DNA of 64,000 nt, from assembly GCA_963713045.1 (NCBI GenBank), contig CAVQKE010000001.1:672001-736000 (forward strand), given 5' to 3'. How positions within the stretch are numbered: the stretch's first letter is position 1; every line of letters starts with the position of its first letter. This DNA comes from an uncultured delta proteobacterium. Lineage in GTDB: Bacteria; Myxococcota; Myxococcia; Myxococcales; Myxococcaceae. Positions 20,501-29,346 of the stretch are shown piece by piece. The position numbers were made by a program, and so were the translations under genes. The notes below the pieces were generated by a model. That model had not been told where the DNA came from. It made no database searches and saw only the letters and a program-made list of their open reading frames with translations.

Positions 20501-23500
20501 CTCCTCCGGCCGGCGCACTTCCACGCTGAGGGCCACCAATTCTTCTGCTGCCTCGCGGGCCTGCGGGCCGCTGAGGCGGGGCCAAAGGCCACTCAACAGG
20601 GACTGCAGGGCCTGCAGGGCGCCGGCTTCGCGGTACAGCGCAGCCAACTCCAACTGGGCCTCCACGTCCTGCGGCTGCGCCTCGGCGTAGGCCGCCAGGT
20701 GGCGGCGGGCCAAGTCTGGCTCCCCCGCGGCGCGCGCCGCGGTGGCGGCGGTCCGCAACAGCTGGGCCCTTTCGGACGGGGGAAGGGCCAAGGGGTCCGC
20801 CCGCAGCAGCTGCAGCGCGGCCTCCACGTCCTCCAGCGCGCCGCGGGCGTCGGTGGACAGACGGGCGCGGCCCCGGCGCACCCGGGCCAGCAGCAGCATT
20901 GCGTCCTGGCGCAGCGCCGCGTCCAGCCAGGCCAGCATCCGGCCGGCGTCCGGCGTCACCTCGGCCGCGCGGAGGAAGAGGCGGGCGGCCAGCCGCGGCT
21001 CGCCGGCGCGCTCCGCTTGGCGGGCCAACAGCTGCGCCGCCTCGGGGCGGTTCCCGGCTTGCAGCTCCAAGTCGGCCAGCGTCTCCAGCACCTCGGCAGC
21101 CAGCGGCCCTTGCGGCTGCAATTCCAGCGCGGCGTACAGCTTCTGGTGGGCGGAGTCCCGGTGCCCGGCCGAGAGGAGGGCCCTGGCGCTTTTGAGGAGG
21201 AGGGGCGCGGCAGCCTCGGCCCGGCCAGCGGCCAACAGCTGCTGGGCCCGGGCAGCCCACAACTCGGCCAGCTCGCGGTTTCGGCCGGCCTTTTGGTAGA
21301 GGGCCTCCAGCCTCTCGGCCAGCGCGTCGTCCGCCGGCCGAAGCGGCAGCGCTTCGGCATACAGCGCCATGGCCGCGCCCTCGTCCCCCAACAACTCGCA
21401 CGCCCGGGCCAGCTTGGCCTGCACCTCGGCGCGCGTCTCCTTGGGGACATGCACCGGCAGCCCGGACAGGACGTCTTGCAATGCCCGACGGGCGTGCTCC
21501 GGGCGCTCGGCCCGCAGGGACAGCTCGGCCAATTCGAGGAGGACGGCCGGCTCGGCCTGCAGCCGCGCCGCCTTTTCCAGGGCGACCAACGCCTCGCCCA
21601 GCCGTCCGAGGCGACTCTCCCGCACCTGCGCCAACTCCCGCAGCGCCGCCACCGCCAGCCGAACGTCCCCTTGGGCCTCGGCGACGCGGGCCCGCTGTTC
21701 CAGCGCCGCGGCCAGTCCGGGCATATCCGCGCGCCGACGCTGCAGCGCGCACAATTCGCCCAAGGCCACCAAGTCGTCCGGCTCAAGGCGAAGCACCTCG
21801 GCCAGGGCGTCGGCGGCCAGGGTGAAGTCCGAGGACAAGTCCTTCGCCGCCACCGCCAGCCGGCGCAAAAGCCGCGCTCGCTCGGCCGAGTCCTGCGCCT
21901 GGGCGGCCAGGGCCTGAAGACAGCGGCAGAGGAGGGGCCCTTCCCGGCGCTGCTCGGCCAGTGCCAGCATGCCGTGCAACGCGACGCGGTTGGTGGCGTC
22001 CACTTCCAGCGCGCGGGCCAGCAGGGCCTCGGCGCGCTCCGGCCTGTCCAGCCGCGTCCGCTGCAACTCTCCAGCCTCCGCCAGGTAGGCGGCCCGGCGC
22101 AGGCCGTCGGCCAACAAGGGGGCGGCCACTTCCAGGGCGGTGGCCAGGCGCTCCACGTCATTGGCCGCGCGGTGCAGGGGAATCAGCTCCTCCAGCACTT
22201 CGACGTCCTCTGGGCGCAGCTGAAGGGCGGCCTCCAGGTGCTGCCGCGCGCGGGCCGCGTCGCCGAGGCGGGTGCGCTGCAACACGGCCAGCGCCCGGTG
22301 GGCCCGGTAGACGGCGGCGCGAACGGCCTCCGAAGCGGGCGCTGGGCCGGCCAATTCAATGCCCTGTTGGTAGCCGGTCACCGCCTCCGCCGTCCGTCCG
22401 AGGCCTTCGGCGGCGTGGGCAGCGGCCACCAGCGCCTCCGGCTCGCCCGGCAACAGGGCCACCGCCTCGCGGTAGCGCAACAGCGCGTTGTCCAGGTTGT
22501 GGAGGCCCTCCTCCCACACCCGGCCGGCCAGCAAATTCGCCCGCCCCACTTGGGCCAAATCATGCCGGCCGAGGGCCACGTCCCGCAGCCGGTCCAGGGC
22601 TTTCAGGGCCCGCAGCGGCTCGCCGGCGCGGTGGCACAACTCGCCCAGGCGCTCCAGGGCGCCGGGGTGGTCCGGAGACAGCCGAAGGGCGGCCTCGCAG
22701 TGCAGCCGCGCGCCGGCCACGTCGTCCTCCGCCACCACCGACAGGCGCGCCAGCTGCACGTGGGCCTCGGCGGACTCGGCTGGGTCGCGGGCCAGGGCGG
22801 AAATGCGGCGGTAGGCGCGCATCGCGCCGGCCCGGTCCTCCGAAGCATCCGCGGCCCGGGCCAGCGCCTGAAGGGAAGGCAGGTGGTCCGGCCGTAGCCC
22901 CAACAATTCGTGCAGCGCACGAATGGCCATTTGGGGCGCGACGCCCTCGGCCACCCGGGCGGCGGCATGGGCGGCGGCCACTGCGCCCGCGTCCTCGCCC
23001 CGCTTGCGACTCAACGCACACAGCGCCAGCCAGCGCTCGGCGGCGCGGGCTGGCTCTCCGCGGCGCTCTCGCACCACCGCCTCCACCCACAGCGGCGCAG
23101 CGCTGTGCGGGCGGCGGCGGGCGACGGACTGGGCGACGTCCAAGGCCAATTCATGCGCCCCGGGGTCCGCCACCAACAGGCCGAGGAGGCGCTCCAGGGC
23201 GAAGGGGTGGGCGTCCTGCGGCTCGGCGCCGCGCAGGTACGCATCGCGTGCGTCCTTCAGCCGTCCGGCGGCCACCAGCGCCTCGGCGTCCGCGAAGGCG
23301 CGCGCGCCTTCCAGCGCCAAGAGCAACTCCTCGTCGAGGAGGGCCGGCGGCGGCAGTCCAGTGGAAGCAAAGCGCAGGCGCAGCGCGGTGGCGGAAACGT
23401 CCAGCCCGGTCAGGCGGGCCCCCTCCAGCGACGGGACGCGGAAGCCGCGGGTGACGGCCGCCGCCTGCACCAGCGCCGGCAGCACCCGGGCGGAAAAGCC

Positions 23501-24037
23501 GGTGGTGCCGCGCAACTCCACGTCCGGAAGCAGCCGGGCGGACTGGGCGGAACGGGCCAGAAGCAGCGGCACCACCGCCACCGGCGTCGGGGTGAAGGCA
23601 TACAGCCGCACGTCGTACAGGTAGACGCCGAGGCGCTCGCCCTCGGCGTCGAAGGCGACTTTAAAGGTGGCGGGCGCGCCAGCCGGCCCGCGCAGGCGCG
23701 CCTGGCCTTCCAGGTAGCCGGTGCGGAAGCTGAGTTGCACGTCCTCCAATTCCAGGGCCCCGCTGGCCACTTCCTGCACCGCGCGGCGCAGCCGCTCGGC
23801 CTCCAGGGACACTTCCAGGAAGCCAAAGGCCAGCGTCTTCTTCTGGTAGCGCAGCGCGCCGCCGGAGATGCTGAAGGGAAAGCTGACGTCTGGAATTTGT
23901 AGGCCGAAGTCCGTCACCCTGACGCCCGGCGCCACTTCCAGCGGCGGGAAGGCGACGAAGGCACGGCGGTCCAGCAGCCGCAGCTCGGGGGCCGCGGACT
24001 TGGCCACTTCCGGCTCGCGTTTCTCTTCCCCGGCCAT
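14507..24037 (-). CDS. Giant (3176 aa) TPR/alpha-solenoid protein
   Basis: Uninterrupted 9.5-kb ORF with many TPR-like units (e.g. ARLHCEAALRLSPDHPGALERLGEL). Beta-rich N-terminal ~230 aa and a distinct C-terminal domain. No signal peptide. Confidence 0.88.
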   Translation of the reverse strand: MAGEEKREPEVAKSAAPELRLLDRRAFVAFPPLEVAPGVRVTDFGLQIPDVSFPFSISGGALRYQKKTLAFGFLEVSLEAERLRRAVQEVASGALELEDVQLSFRTGYLEGQARLRGPAGAPATFKVAFDAEGERLGVYLYDVRLYAFTPTPVAVVPLLLARSAQSARLLPDVELRGTTGFSARVLPALVQAAAVTRGFRVPSLEGARLTGLDVSATALRLRFASTGLPPPALLDEELLLALEGARAFADAEALVAAGRLKDARDAYLRGAEPQDAHPFALERLLGLLVADPGAHELALDVAQSVARRRPHSAAPLWVEAVVRERRGEPARAAERWLALCALSRKRGEDAGAVAAAHAAARVAEGVAPQMAIRALHELLGLRPDHLPSLQALARAADASEDRAGAMRAYRRISALARDPAESAEAHVQLARLSVVAEDDVAGARLHCEAALRLSPDHPGALERLGELCHRAGEPLRALKALDRLRDVALGRHDLAQVGRANLLAGRVWEEGLHNLDNALLRYREAVALLPGEPEALVAAAHAAEGLGRTAEAVTGYQQGIELAGPAPASEAVRAAVYRAHRALAVLQRTRLGDAARARQHLEAALQLRPEDVEVLEELIPLHRAANDVERLATALEVAAPLLADGLRRAAYLAEAGELQRTRLDRPERAEALLARALEVDATNRVALHGMLALAEQRREGPLLCRCLQALAAQAQDSAERARLLRRLAVAAKDLSSDFTLAADALAEVLRLEPDDLVALGELCALQRRRADMPGLAAALEQRARVAEAQGDVRLAVAALRELAQVRESRLGRLGEALVALEKAARLQAEPAVLLELAELSLRAERPEHARRALQDVLSGLPVHVPKETRAEVQAKLARACELLGDEGAAMALYAEALPLRPADDALAERLEALYQKAGRNRELAELWAARAQQLLAAGRAEAAAPLLLKSARALLSAGHRDSAHQKLYAALELQPQGPLAAEVLETLADLELQAGNRPEAAQLLARQAERAGEPRLAARLFLRAAEVTPDAGRMLAWLDAALRQDAMLLLARVRRGRARLSTDARGALEDVEAALQLLRADPLALPPSERAQLLRTAATAARAAGEPDLARRHLAAYAEAQPQDVEAQLELAALYREAGALQALQSLLSGLWPRLSGPQAREAAEELVALSVEVRRPEEAVPVLRSLLEKDRGDRWAAEALLGLLGDDAAAREEALALRSLLAASTSGNARSVHLLERARLLRALGRLAEARTALARAAPEAELPGPVWQEVAELARAEDDAPGELAAWQAALGAAPGLSALAAPRLLDLGRALLQGGEAAAAASAYALAAQAAPEAASLSAAHLGAAEAAFAQGDAAAATASLLSAAAQGPVEARVQALLRRAELAEAAQDAATAADSLERVLALEPRQLAAASRLRTLLERAGDWAAVAELLAARIPHAAAAEAARLSAELGALYLEKLGSLGPAEAALRRAAQLDPRQAQVRSLLVGLLVQRGAWAEAAETAREAASLLPPEEGAALLQKAARAASAAGADAEALALRRRAQQLSPATGEELRTLAFALYRAGARGEALPLFSSAAAGATFEDTPDRDEELLLAYADLQAASGDLPAAEETLRGLLRERPLSTAAVERLAEVTAARNPRESILLLANALQGRTPSRAVGERLLELGRRAFAELADAELARTLLEAAASAMPEPWAARRAQAQLFRQTGRSAELLTTLRRLWEEAAQAGESDAALAALQELSQVAEELGHVDEALGALATYGERLQQQGASEAAAQAEARRAELLLGRRDALGAEAGLRRSFELHPSVQTALRAAALASGREDVRAQAEWLSRALPLYPGPAQRADALVALAELQAEALTDDARAEALLREALEEAPGHPAAEARLLALLESAGRTADVAGYFESAARSVRDAEARVQLLRRAAEVYQGRLGNREAALEALSRAHALRPGDVQLTGDLADLLAAAGRLADAAPYDAQLLRDNPFRAPSAERQLAWLASTQDGRALATLHLARAERQAGSEAAASYLEAAAAYRQAGLERDALAAEDRAFAHAPDSDAAFRARRARVGKDARALAELLVQRAQAVPSEAPALLAEAGGLLATAGEPLQAAEAWDALLRLRADDVPALLARGELAAEAGGPLAAQPYDRRALAAGTDTLTTPQRLRLQLRLGHAAVASGALKDAAEVLEEVVAQGPETDAGRTALSLLAEVYAKAQDAQGAFRTSLLLARRARPDEAEALYRRAAALVEDGTQALAALLPLAELRPTDVEVVDRALDALLATGRAEERLGLLVRAAQASGGARAAQLLLQAAEATFAQGDADAALGHLRASVKAQPSHTEAWEALARAERARGETEALGRTLEALVALLPLDARSAALRLEAARTLSGPEAAERIRALLQPVVDAGPSDAYAGALELLEPVLSGAPLARARALAARAELQPTAGRAALLLEAAQLAEGGGDTPQAALYAKASAAAEAGLPALLLYARLAKATGGLAEAAAALEQAAQLTPGPEAVALRLEAAESHQAAGALPRARALLEQLATAHPEALGPSEWARRLLSVGALEAAALHGYGPLLAQGAFGEALQVAEALNDGARLREALWGVAGTAPEAAVVRRLAALVLEEGSQEERLRAARLCEAVRARELASALYRAVVLAPVSMEDARHEEGGPRVEALARLVALGQGDAVLAEVLQQLDDAAPPALVDALVSYARGRRGTERERALRSLAARVPGRSAPLWQELFQRARDDNRLEDAVQALASWAEATAEAPQRAALHSQLGDLFLHLGQTEKAQSAYQQAVNEDAEQPAPLQKLLALTSEADDAAHFVALAERLLALAPQAPQEVPRRLASAYAHLGRLEEAASVLAGLAATPTLLEQRAQLAEALGRADEAFALREQLVQSPAERAELGLHALQAGLLERAAHLLTGVEAEVPLASRREVAERLSNTETGAGVAANLWPSLLADGLPDAPGWMAYAEALRRTGRPVESGRFEDFARAASGELPLADASAAAAVRLSRPRAVRTRPLPSGAVAVEAASMPRLHAALSQSLSSLGAPEVLVYLDPAGGPEAWLAGPETLVLGAGALSYFGPVEMTFLVALALLLGDEGVELASPGSVPAVARVAPAAFLAVPVPRAAARVVLFLEAEVRGADVASVDVAAVLANSAAFHAVVQRALALV

Positions 24038-24277
24038 GTCCAGAGTCTTCTAAAAGCGTGCGGGAAGTCCCCCCGTCGTGGGGACTCTTCCCAACGGGCG
24101 CTGCTGGCCCACCCCCCACGGGGGAAGGCAGCCGCGCCCAAAAGCGTCGACGAAGGGTAGCACCCGGGGCGGAGTGGCCCAAATTTCCGAGGCTTGCGGC
24201 GTCGCCCCGCCGCTTTCCGGGCGGAGGGCGCCGCCCCTCTCCTCTTGCGGTGAAGCCGGATATTCTCAGCGACGCCG

Positions 24278-25933
24278 GTGCTCCCCCTCAATTCGCTCGT
24301 CCTCGACGAACGCTTCCGGGTGCTCGGCCACCTGGGCGGCGGCGGCATGGGGGAGGTGTACCTGGCCGAGCAGGTCAGCCTCGGCCGGCGGGTGGCCCTC
24401 AAGGTGCTGCGGCGCGAGGTGGGACAGCAGCCCGGGATGAGTGAGCGCTTCCGGCGCGAGGCACGCCTTCTGTCCAGCGTGGAGCACCCGGCGGTGGTGC
24501 GCGTCATCGACTTTGGCCAGTCCGAGGAGGGGACCTGCCTGGTCATGGAATTGGCCGAGGGAGAGACGCTGCTGCAGGCGCTGGAGGCTGGCCCGCTGGA
24601 CCCGGAGCGCGGCCGCCGGGTGTTGGTGCAGCTGGCCGAGGGGCTGGCCGCCATCCATGAAAAGGGCATCATCCACCGGGACTTGAAGCCGGAAAACGTG
24701 GTGCTGACGCCAGGGCCGCGCGGCGAGCAGGCGCGCCTGTTGGACTTCGGCATTGCCCGGCTGGTGGAGCCGGACCCGGACTCGCGCGGACTGAGCCAGG
24801 TGGGCGTGGTGCTGGGGACGCCGGAATACCTCAGCCCGGAGCAGGCCATGGGCGCGCCGCTGGACGCCCGAAGCGACCTCTACTCACTCGGCGTGTTGGG
24901 TTACCGGATGTTGAGCGGACAGCTGCCCTTCCAAGGGCCCAACGCCCGCGACTACCTTCTGCAGCACGTCAGCCTCACCCCGCGACCGCTGCTGGAAATC
25001 GCTCCCCAAATGTCCAGCCAGCCGGAGCTGGGGGTGATGGTGATGCGGGCGCTGGCCAAGGACCCCAAGGCCAGGCCGCAGTCGGCGGCCGAGTTGGTCC
25101 GGGTGCTGGAGCCACCGGCCGCGCGCCTGCCGACGCCACTCACCGTCCCGGTCCGCGGCCCTTCCGACGCCGAGGACGTCTTCGACGCGCAAACCCAGCC
25201 CGGGCTGCGCGCGCTGGCTGGGACGGACACCCGGCAGCTGCGGCGGTGGGACGGACGCACCCTGCTACTGCAGGGGACCGCTGCTGCGGTGGCGCTGGCG
25301 GTGCTGTTGGCCATCATCTTCTGGAGTCTCGGCCCGCGGCAGGCGCTGTCGCGGGCCCGGGCCGAATTGGTGGCCGGCCAGCCCGAGGCGGCCCTGGCCA
25401 CCCTGGGCGAGGTCAGCCACGGGACGCTGCCCCCCGGCGCCCAGGCGCTGCGGGCGGCCGCTCTGCACGCCCTGGACGACCATGACCAGGAATTGCTCGC
25501 CCTGCAGGCCGGACAGCGTTCGGATGAGGCGTTTGACCCGTTGGTCCTGACCGCCGTGTCCGAGGACTTGGCCCACGGCCGGGGCGAGGCGGCCCGCAGG
25601 CAGTGGCTGGACGGGCTTGAGCCGGTCCGGCTGACGGGGGCCCTGGAAGCGGTGGCGGAAACCGCGGGCTCCGACGGCGCCTGGGGCGCGCTGCGCTACT
25701 TGGACGCCACCGGCCGACTCGACTCCCAGGGCCTGGCGCGCCTCTACGCGCTGTGGCTGCAGCAGAAGGACTGTGCCGCGCGCGCCGTGGCCGCCCGGCG
25801 GCTGGCTGAGCTCGGCGCAACCGACGAATTACCGGCGCTGCAGCGCGCGCGCAAGACGGCCAAGGCCGGCTGCGGGCTGGAGGAGATGGCCAGCGCCGTG
25901 CGGCAACTGGAGGGCCACAGCAGCGGACGTTGA
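24278..25933 (+). CDS. Hanks-type Ser/Thr protein kinase, single TM, helical-repeat C-terminus
   Basis: LGGGGMGEVY, VALK, HRDLKPEN, DFG, GTPEYLSPEQ, SDLYSLG; TM AAAVALAVLLAIIFWSL. Confidence 0.95.
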   Translation: MLPLNSLVLDERFRVLGHLGGGGMGEVYLAEQVSLGRRVALKVLRREVGQQPGMSERFRREARLLSSVEHPAVVRVIDFGQSEEGTCLVMELAEGETLLQALEAGPLDPERGRRVLVQLAEGLAAIHEKGIIHRDLKPENVVLTPGPRGEQARLLDFGIARLVEPDPDSRGLSQVGVVLGTPEYLSPEQAMGAPLDARSDLYSLGVLGYRMLSGQLPFQGPNARDYLLQHVSLTPRPLLEIAPQMSSQPELGVMVMRALAKDPKARPQSAAELVRVLEPPAARLPTPLTVPVRGPSDAEDVFDAQTQPGLRALAGTDTRQLRRWDGRTLLLQGTAAAVALAVLLAIIFWSLGPRQALSRARAELVAGQPEAALATLGEVSHGTLPPGAQALRAAALHALDDHDQELLALQAGQRSDEAFDPLVLTAVSEDLAHGRGEAARRQWLDGLEPVRLTGALEAVAETAGSDGAWGALRYLDATGRLDSQGLARLYALWLQQKDCAARAVAARRLAELGATDELPALQRARKTAKAGCGLEEMASAVRQLEGHSSGR

Positions 25934-25950
25934 AGCGGTGCGGCCAGGCT

Positions 25951-26367
25951 TCAGCGGCGGCGGCGCGCCTTCTTCGGCGCACCGGCCCGCACCCGCTTGG
26001 GCTTCGGCGCTGCGTGGTGGACGGCTTCCAGGTTGTGGCCGTCCGGGTCGATGACGAAGGCGGCGTAGTAGTGGCGGTGGTATTGCGGCCTCACCCCCGG
26101 CGGCCCGTTGTCCTGGGCGCCCGCGGCCAGCGCCTCGGCGTAGAAGCGGTCCACCGCGGCGCGGGAGGGTGCCACCAGGGCCAGGTGGTGCGGGCTGGTG
26201 GGCACCGGCCCAGGCTTCAGCCAGAAGGCGGGCTTCTTCTTCGTGCCGAAACCCACAAACGCCTCAAAGCGCATGGCGACGCCGTAGCCGAGGGGCGGCA
26301 GCGCCCGGGTAAAGAAGGCGACGCTTTTCTCCAGGTCCCGGACGGTGCGCGTCAGGTGGTCAATCAA
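25951..26367 (-). CDS. VOC/glyoxalase family protein
   Basis: IDHL, HLAL, DNGPPGVRPQY, YYAAFVIDPDGHNLEAV. Confidence 0.92.
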   Translation of the reverse strand: MIDHLTRTVRDLEKSVAFFTRALPPLGYGVAMRFEAFVGFGTKKKPAFWLKPGPVPTSPHHLALVAPSRAAVDRFYAEALAAGAQDNGPPGVRPQYHRHYYAAFVIDPDGHNLEAVHHAAPKPKRVRAGAPKKARRRR

Positions 26368-26789
26368 TTCAGGGCGCTTTCCGTCTGTTCATCCAAGGTA
26401 AAGCGCAGCTGCACGCCGGAGAGGGTGAAGTGGGTGGGACTGGCTGAGCGCAGGCGGCGCACCACCGTCTCGCCGCTGTCGTGGTCGCGCACCGTCAACT
26501 CAAAGCCCCCGTCGAGGCGGACGACAAAAATATCCATCCCCAGCTGCTGCTCCTGGCCGTCACAGCCCAGAAGCGCCAGTTCCATCCGCGACGTCCCTCC
26601 CGCCGGGCCGAGCGCCAGCCGGCTTTGGCCAGCGGCCTCGGCCGCGCAACTCAACGAGGCCACGCTGTCCACCGAGAGCCAGCGCACCGGCCGCGCTGGG
26701 CTCCGCGCTGAGGCGCCGAAGGCGGCGACACCGGAGAGGGCGATGCCGAGAATGCTGAGGAGAAAAAAGGTGGTGATGATGCGCAACAT
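26364..26789 (-). CDS. Hypothetical secreted protein
   Basis: Hydrophobic N-terminal signal, beta-rich body with 2 Cys; stop overlaps the VOC start. Confidence 0.55.
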   Translation of the reverse strand: MLRIITTFFLLSILGIALSGVAAFGASARSPARPVRWLSVDSVASLSCAAEAAGQSRLALGPAGGTSRMELALLGCDGQEQQLGMDIFVVRLDGGFELTVRDHDSGETVVRRLRSASPTHFTLSGVQLRFTLDEQTESALN

Positions 26790-26937
26790 GGGCCGCCCGG
26801 TGCCTTTCCCCCAGAAGGGGCGGGACAGACGTGAAACTGCCGACCGGCCCTTCTGGTTTTTTTAAGAAAACTTACTGCCGGCGGCTGGGCTGTCAGGTTT
26901 TCGGCTTCCGTTTCCCCAAAGGGGGGGGGCCGGGACA

Positions 26938-27783
26938 CTAGCGGACGAAGGCCGTCCCGCGGCTTCCGGGCTGCTGCGCCTCCTCCAGCAGCGCACTGGG
27001 CGGCTGCACGCCCACAATGTGGATGGAGTCGATGCCTTGCTCCAGCATGGCCAGGCTTTCCTCCACCTTCACAATCATCCCACCGACGATGGTGCCCGAG
27101 GCGATGGCGGCGGCGGCGTCGGCCCGACTCAGCCGCGGCAGCCGGGTGGAGGGGTCGGCTTTGTCCCGCAGCACACCCGGCACGTTGGAGACGAGAAACA
27201 GCTTGGCCGCGTGAAGCTCCGCAGCGAGGCGGGCGGCCACCGTGTCGGCATTGACGTTGTACACGTTGCCGGCCGCGTCCGCGGCCAGCGAGCCCAGCAC
27301 CGGCACCAGGCCGGCGGCGGCGAGTCTTTCGAAGTACTCGGTCCGCACCGCCACCACGTCCCCCACCAGCCCCATGTCCACCGGCTCCGGCCCCTCCCCG
27401 GTGACCGGCCTTGGCGGCCGGCGCACGGCGTCGAGGAGTCCCGCCGAGACACCGGTGGTGCACAGGGCCGGGACGCCACACAGGCGGAAGGCCGAGGCCA
27501 CGTCCACCGAGACTTGGCCGGCCAGCGTCATCTTCATCACTTCCAGGGTGGCGGCGTCCGTCACCCGTCGTCCGCCCACCAGCCTCGGCTGCAGCCCGAG
27601 GCGCTTGCTCAATTCACTGGCTTGGGGCCCGGCGCCATGCACCACCGCCACCCGCACCCCCGCGTCGAGGAAGCCACGCACCGCCGCGCCGACCGAAGCG
27701 GCGAGCAGCGCCTTGTCCTGCGCCAGCTCTCCCCCCACCTTCACCACGAACCAGCGACCGGAAAACGCCTGAAGGCCGCTCAC
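26938..27783 (-). CDS. argB: Acetylglutamate kinase
   Basis: VVKVGG, VVHGAGPQ, GGRRVTD, YNVNAD, SNVPGVL, GGMIVK. GTG start overlaps the argC TGA. The ORF track wrongly fuses it to argC. Confidence 0.9.
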   Translation of the reverse strand: MSGLQAFSGRWFVVKVGGELAQDKALLAASVGAAVRGFLDAGVRVAVVHGAGPQASELSKRLGLQPRLVGGRRVTDAATLEVMKMTLAGQVSVDVASAFRLCGVPALCTTGVSAGLLDAVRRPPRPVTGEGPEPVDMGLVGDVVAVRTEYFERLAAAGLVPVLGSLAADAAGNVYNVNADTVAARLAAELHAAKLFLVSNVPGVLRDKADPSTRLPRLSRADAAAAIASGTIVGGMIVKVEESLAMLEQGIDSIHIVGVQPPSALLEEAQQPGSRGTAFVR

Positions 27784-28836
27784 GGCCAGAGGCCCGGCTC
27801 GCGCAGGGTCAGCGTCTCCTCGAAGCCCATCATCAGGTTGAAGCTTTGCACGGCCTGCCCGGCGCCGCCCTTCACCAGGTTGTCCAGGGCGCTGAAGCAC
27901 ACCACGCGGCGGGTGTCGCCGCTGCTGGGCCCAAGGACGAAGCCCGTCTCCACGTAGTTGCTTCCGGACACTGCCACCACTTCCGGCTGCCGCCCCTGCA
28001 CCACCCGGACGAAGGGTTCCCTGGCAAAGGTGCGGCGCCCACAGGGCGGCCAATTCCTCGGCGCCGGTGCTGGCCGGGACGCTGGCAAAGGACGTGGCGA
28101 AAATGCCGCGGGGCAAGGGGGCCGAGACGGGGACAAATTCCAGGGACAGCGCTTGCGCCCCGGCGGCATTCAGGGTCTGGACAATTTCCGGGACGTGCTG
28201 GTGTTCCAGCGGCTTGTAGGTCCGCAAATTCACCGCCCGCAGCGGGTGGTGGGTGGTGGGTTGGGGTTGGGCACCGCTGCCGCTGCTTCCGGTGGCGGCC
28301 ACCGTCTGCACCGGCCCGCGCAGCAGCCCCCCCTTGGCCAATGGCAACAGGCCGAGAGCGATGGCGGTGGCAAAGCAACCGGGGCTGGCCAGGTAGCGCG
28401 CCCTGCGGATGGCCTCGCGGTTGAGCTCCGGAAGCCCGTAGGTGAAGAGGCCTTCCGTCAGCGCGCCGGGTTGGGGGTGCGCTGCGCCGTAGAAAGCCTG
28501 GTAGGCCCCTGGGTCGCGCAGCCGGAAGTCCCCGGACAAGTCGACCAACCGCACGCCGGTGGGCAACAAGTCGAGGACCACCTGGGCCGTCGTCCGGTGG
28601 GGCATGGCGAGAAAGGCGACGTCGGCGCCGGCCACCGCCTCCCGGGGCGGAAGCTGCTGGAAGACGAGGTCGGTTAAGCCGGCCAGGTTGAGGTGGACGT
28701 CCGAAACGCGCCGGCCCAGGTTGTCCGCCGCCGTCACCCGCGTCACTTCCACCCCGGGGTGGAAGAGGAGCCGGCGCAGAAGTTCCGCCCCGCCGTAGCC
28801 CGTCCCGCCGATGAGGACTGCTTTGGTGCGAGTCAT
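27780..28836 (-). CDS. argC: N-acetyl-gamma-glutamyl-phosphate reductase (one-base frameshift near 28040)
   Basis: GGTGYGG, DLSGDFRL, YGLPE, SPGCFAT in one frame; LDNLVKGGAGQAVQSFN in another. Removing one base from the CCC at 28038-28040 restores ..ALWRRTFAREPFVR.. Confidence 0.9.
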
Positions 28837-28920
28837 ATGGCGGCGCACCCTAGAGGACGGCACCCCACCGCGGGAAGGGCACCCGAGGAAGGCAGCCCAG
28901 CCGGGGGCCTGGGGCAGTTT

Positions 28921-29316
28921 CTACGTGTAGCGGATGGCGACGGCGATGACGACTTGCTGGTTTCCCTGGGAGGGGTCGGCCGGCGACCACAGCGGGCCGC
29001 TGTACATGACGCCCATCCCGGCCGAGCCGTCGTACACCAGCACCACCGCGGTGGCCCCCATTTGCGCTGCCCGCTTCACCAGGGCCTGGGAAATGGCCTG
29101 CTGCGAGGGGCTGCCGTCGAGGGACACCGTCACTTCCCCCAGACGGACGTACGGCACGCTGGGCTCGCTGCGTAAAACTTCCACCGACGAAGGGTCCGTC
29201 GGCGCAAACGGCGGCGCGTCGGCGTACAGGCGGCTGCTGGTACTCAGCCCGCCGCAGCCGGACGCCGCCAGCGCTGCCGCGAAAAGGACGCCCGCTGCCA
29301 GTTGGAAGCGCCTCAC
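28921..29316 (-). CDS. Small lipoprotein of unknown function
   Basis: Lipobox ASGC. PYVRLGEV...LVKRAAQMGATAVV...AVAIRY resembles the YbjQ/heavy-metal-binding-like fold. Confidence 0.7.
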   Translation of the reverse strand: MRRFQLAAGVLFAAALAASGCGGLSTSSRLYADAPPFAPTDPSSVEVLRSEPSVPYVRLGEVTVSLDGSPSQQAISQALVKRAAQMGATAVVLVYDGSAGMGVMYSGPLWSPADPSQGNQQVVIAVAIRYT

Positions 29317-29346
29317 CGTCGTCCCTCCCCGCCAGCAAAACCCGGG

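Noticed and set aside
14644..23902. Many long antisense and alternate-frame ORFs (e.g. 1095 aa at 19610-22897)
   Set aside because: Shadow ORFs expected in high-GC coding DNA, with no recognisable motifs.
26938..28863. 641-aa ArgC-ArgB fusion in the ORF track
   Set aside because: Artefact of a one-base insertion. The true ArgC C-terminus lies in another frame and ends at a TGA overlapping the argB GTG.
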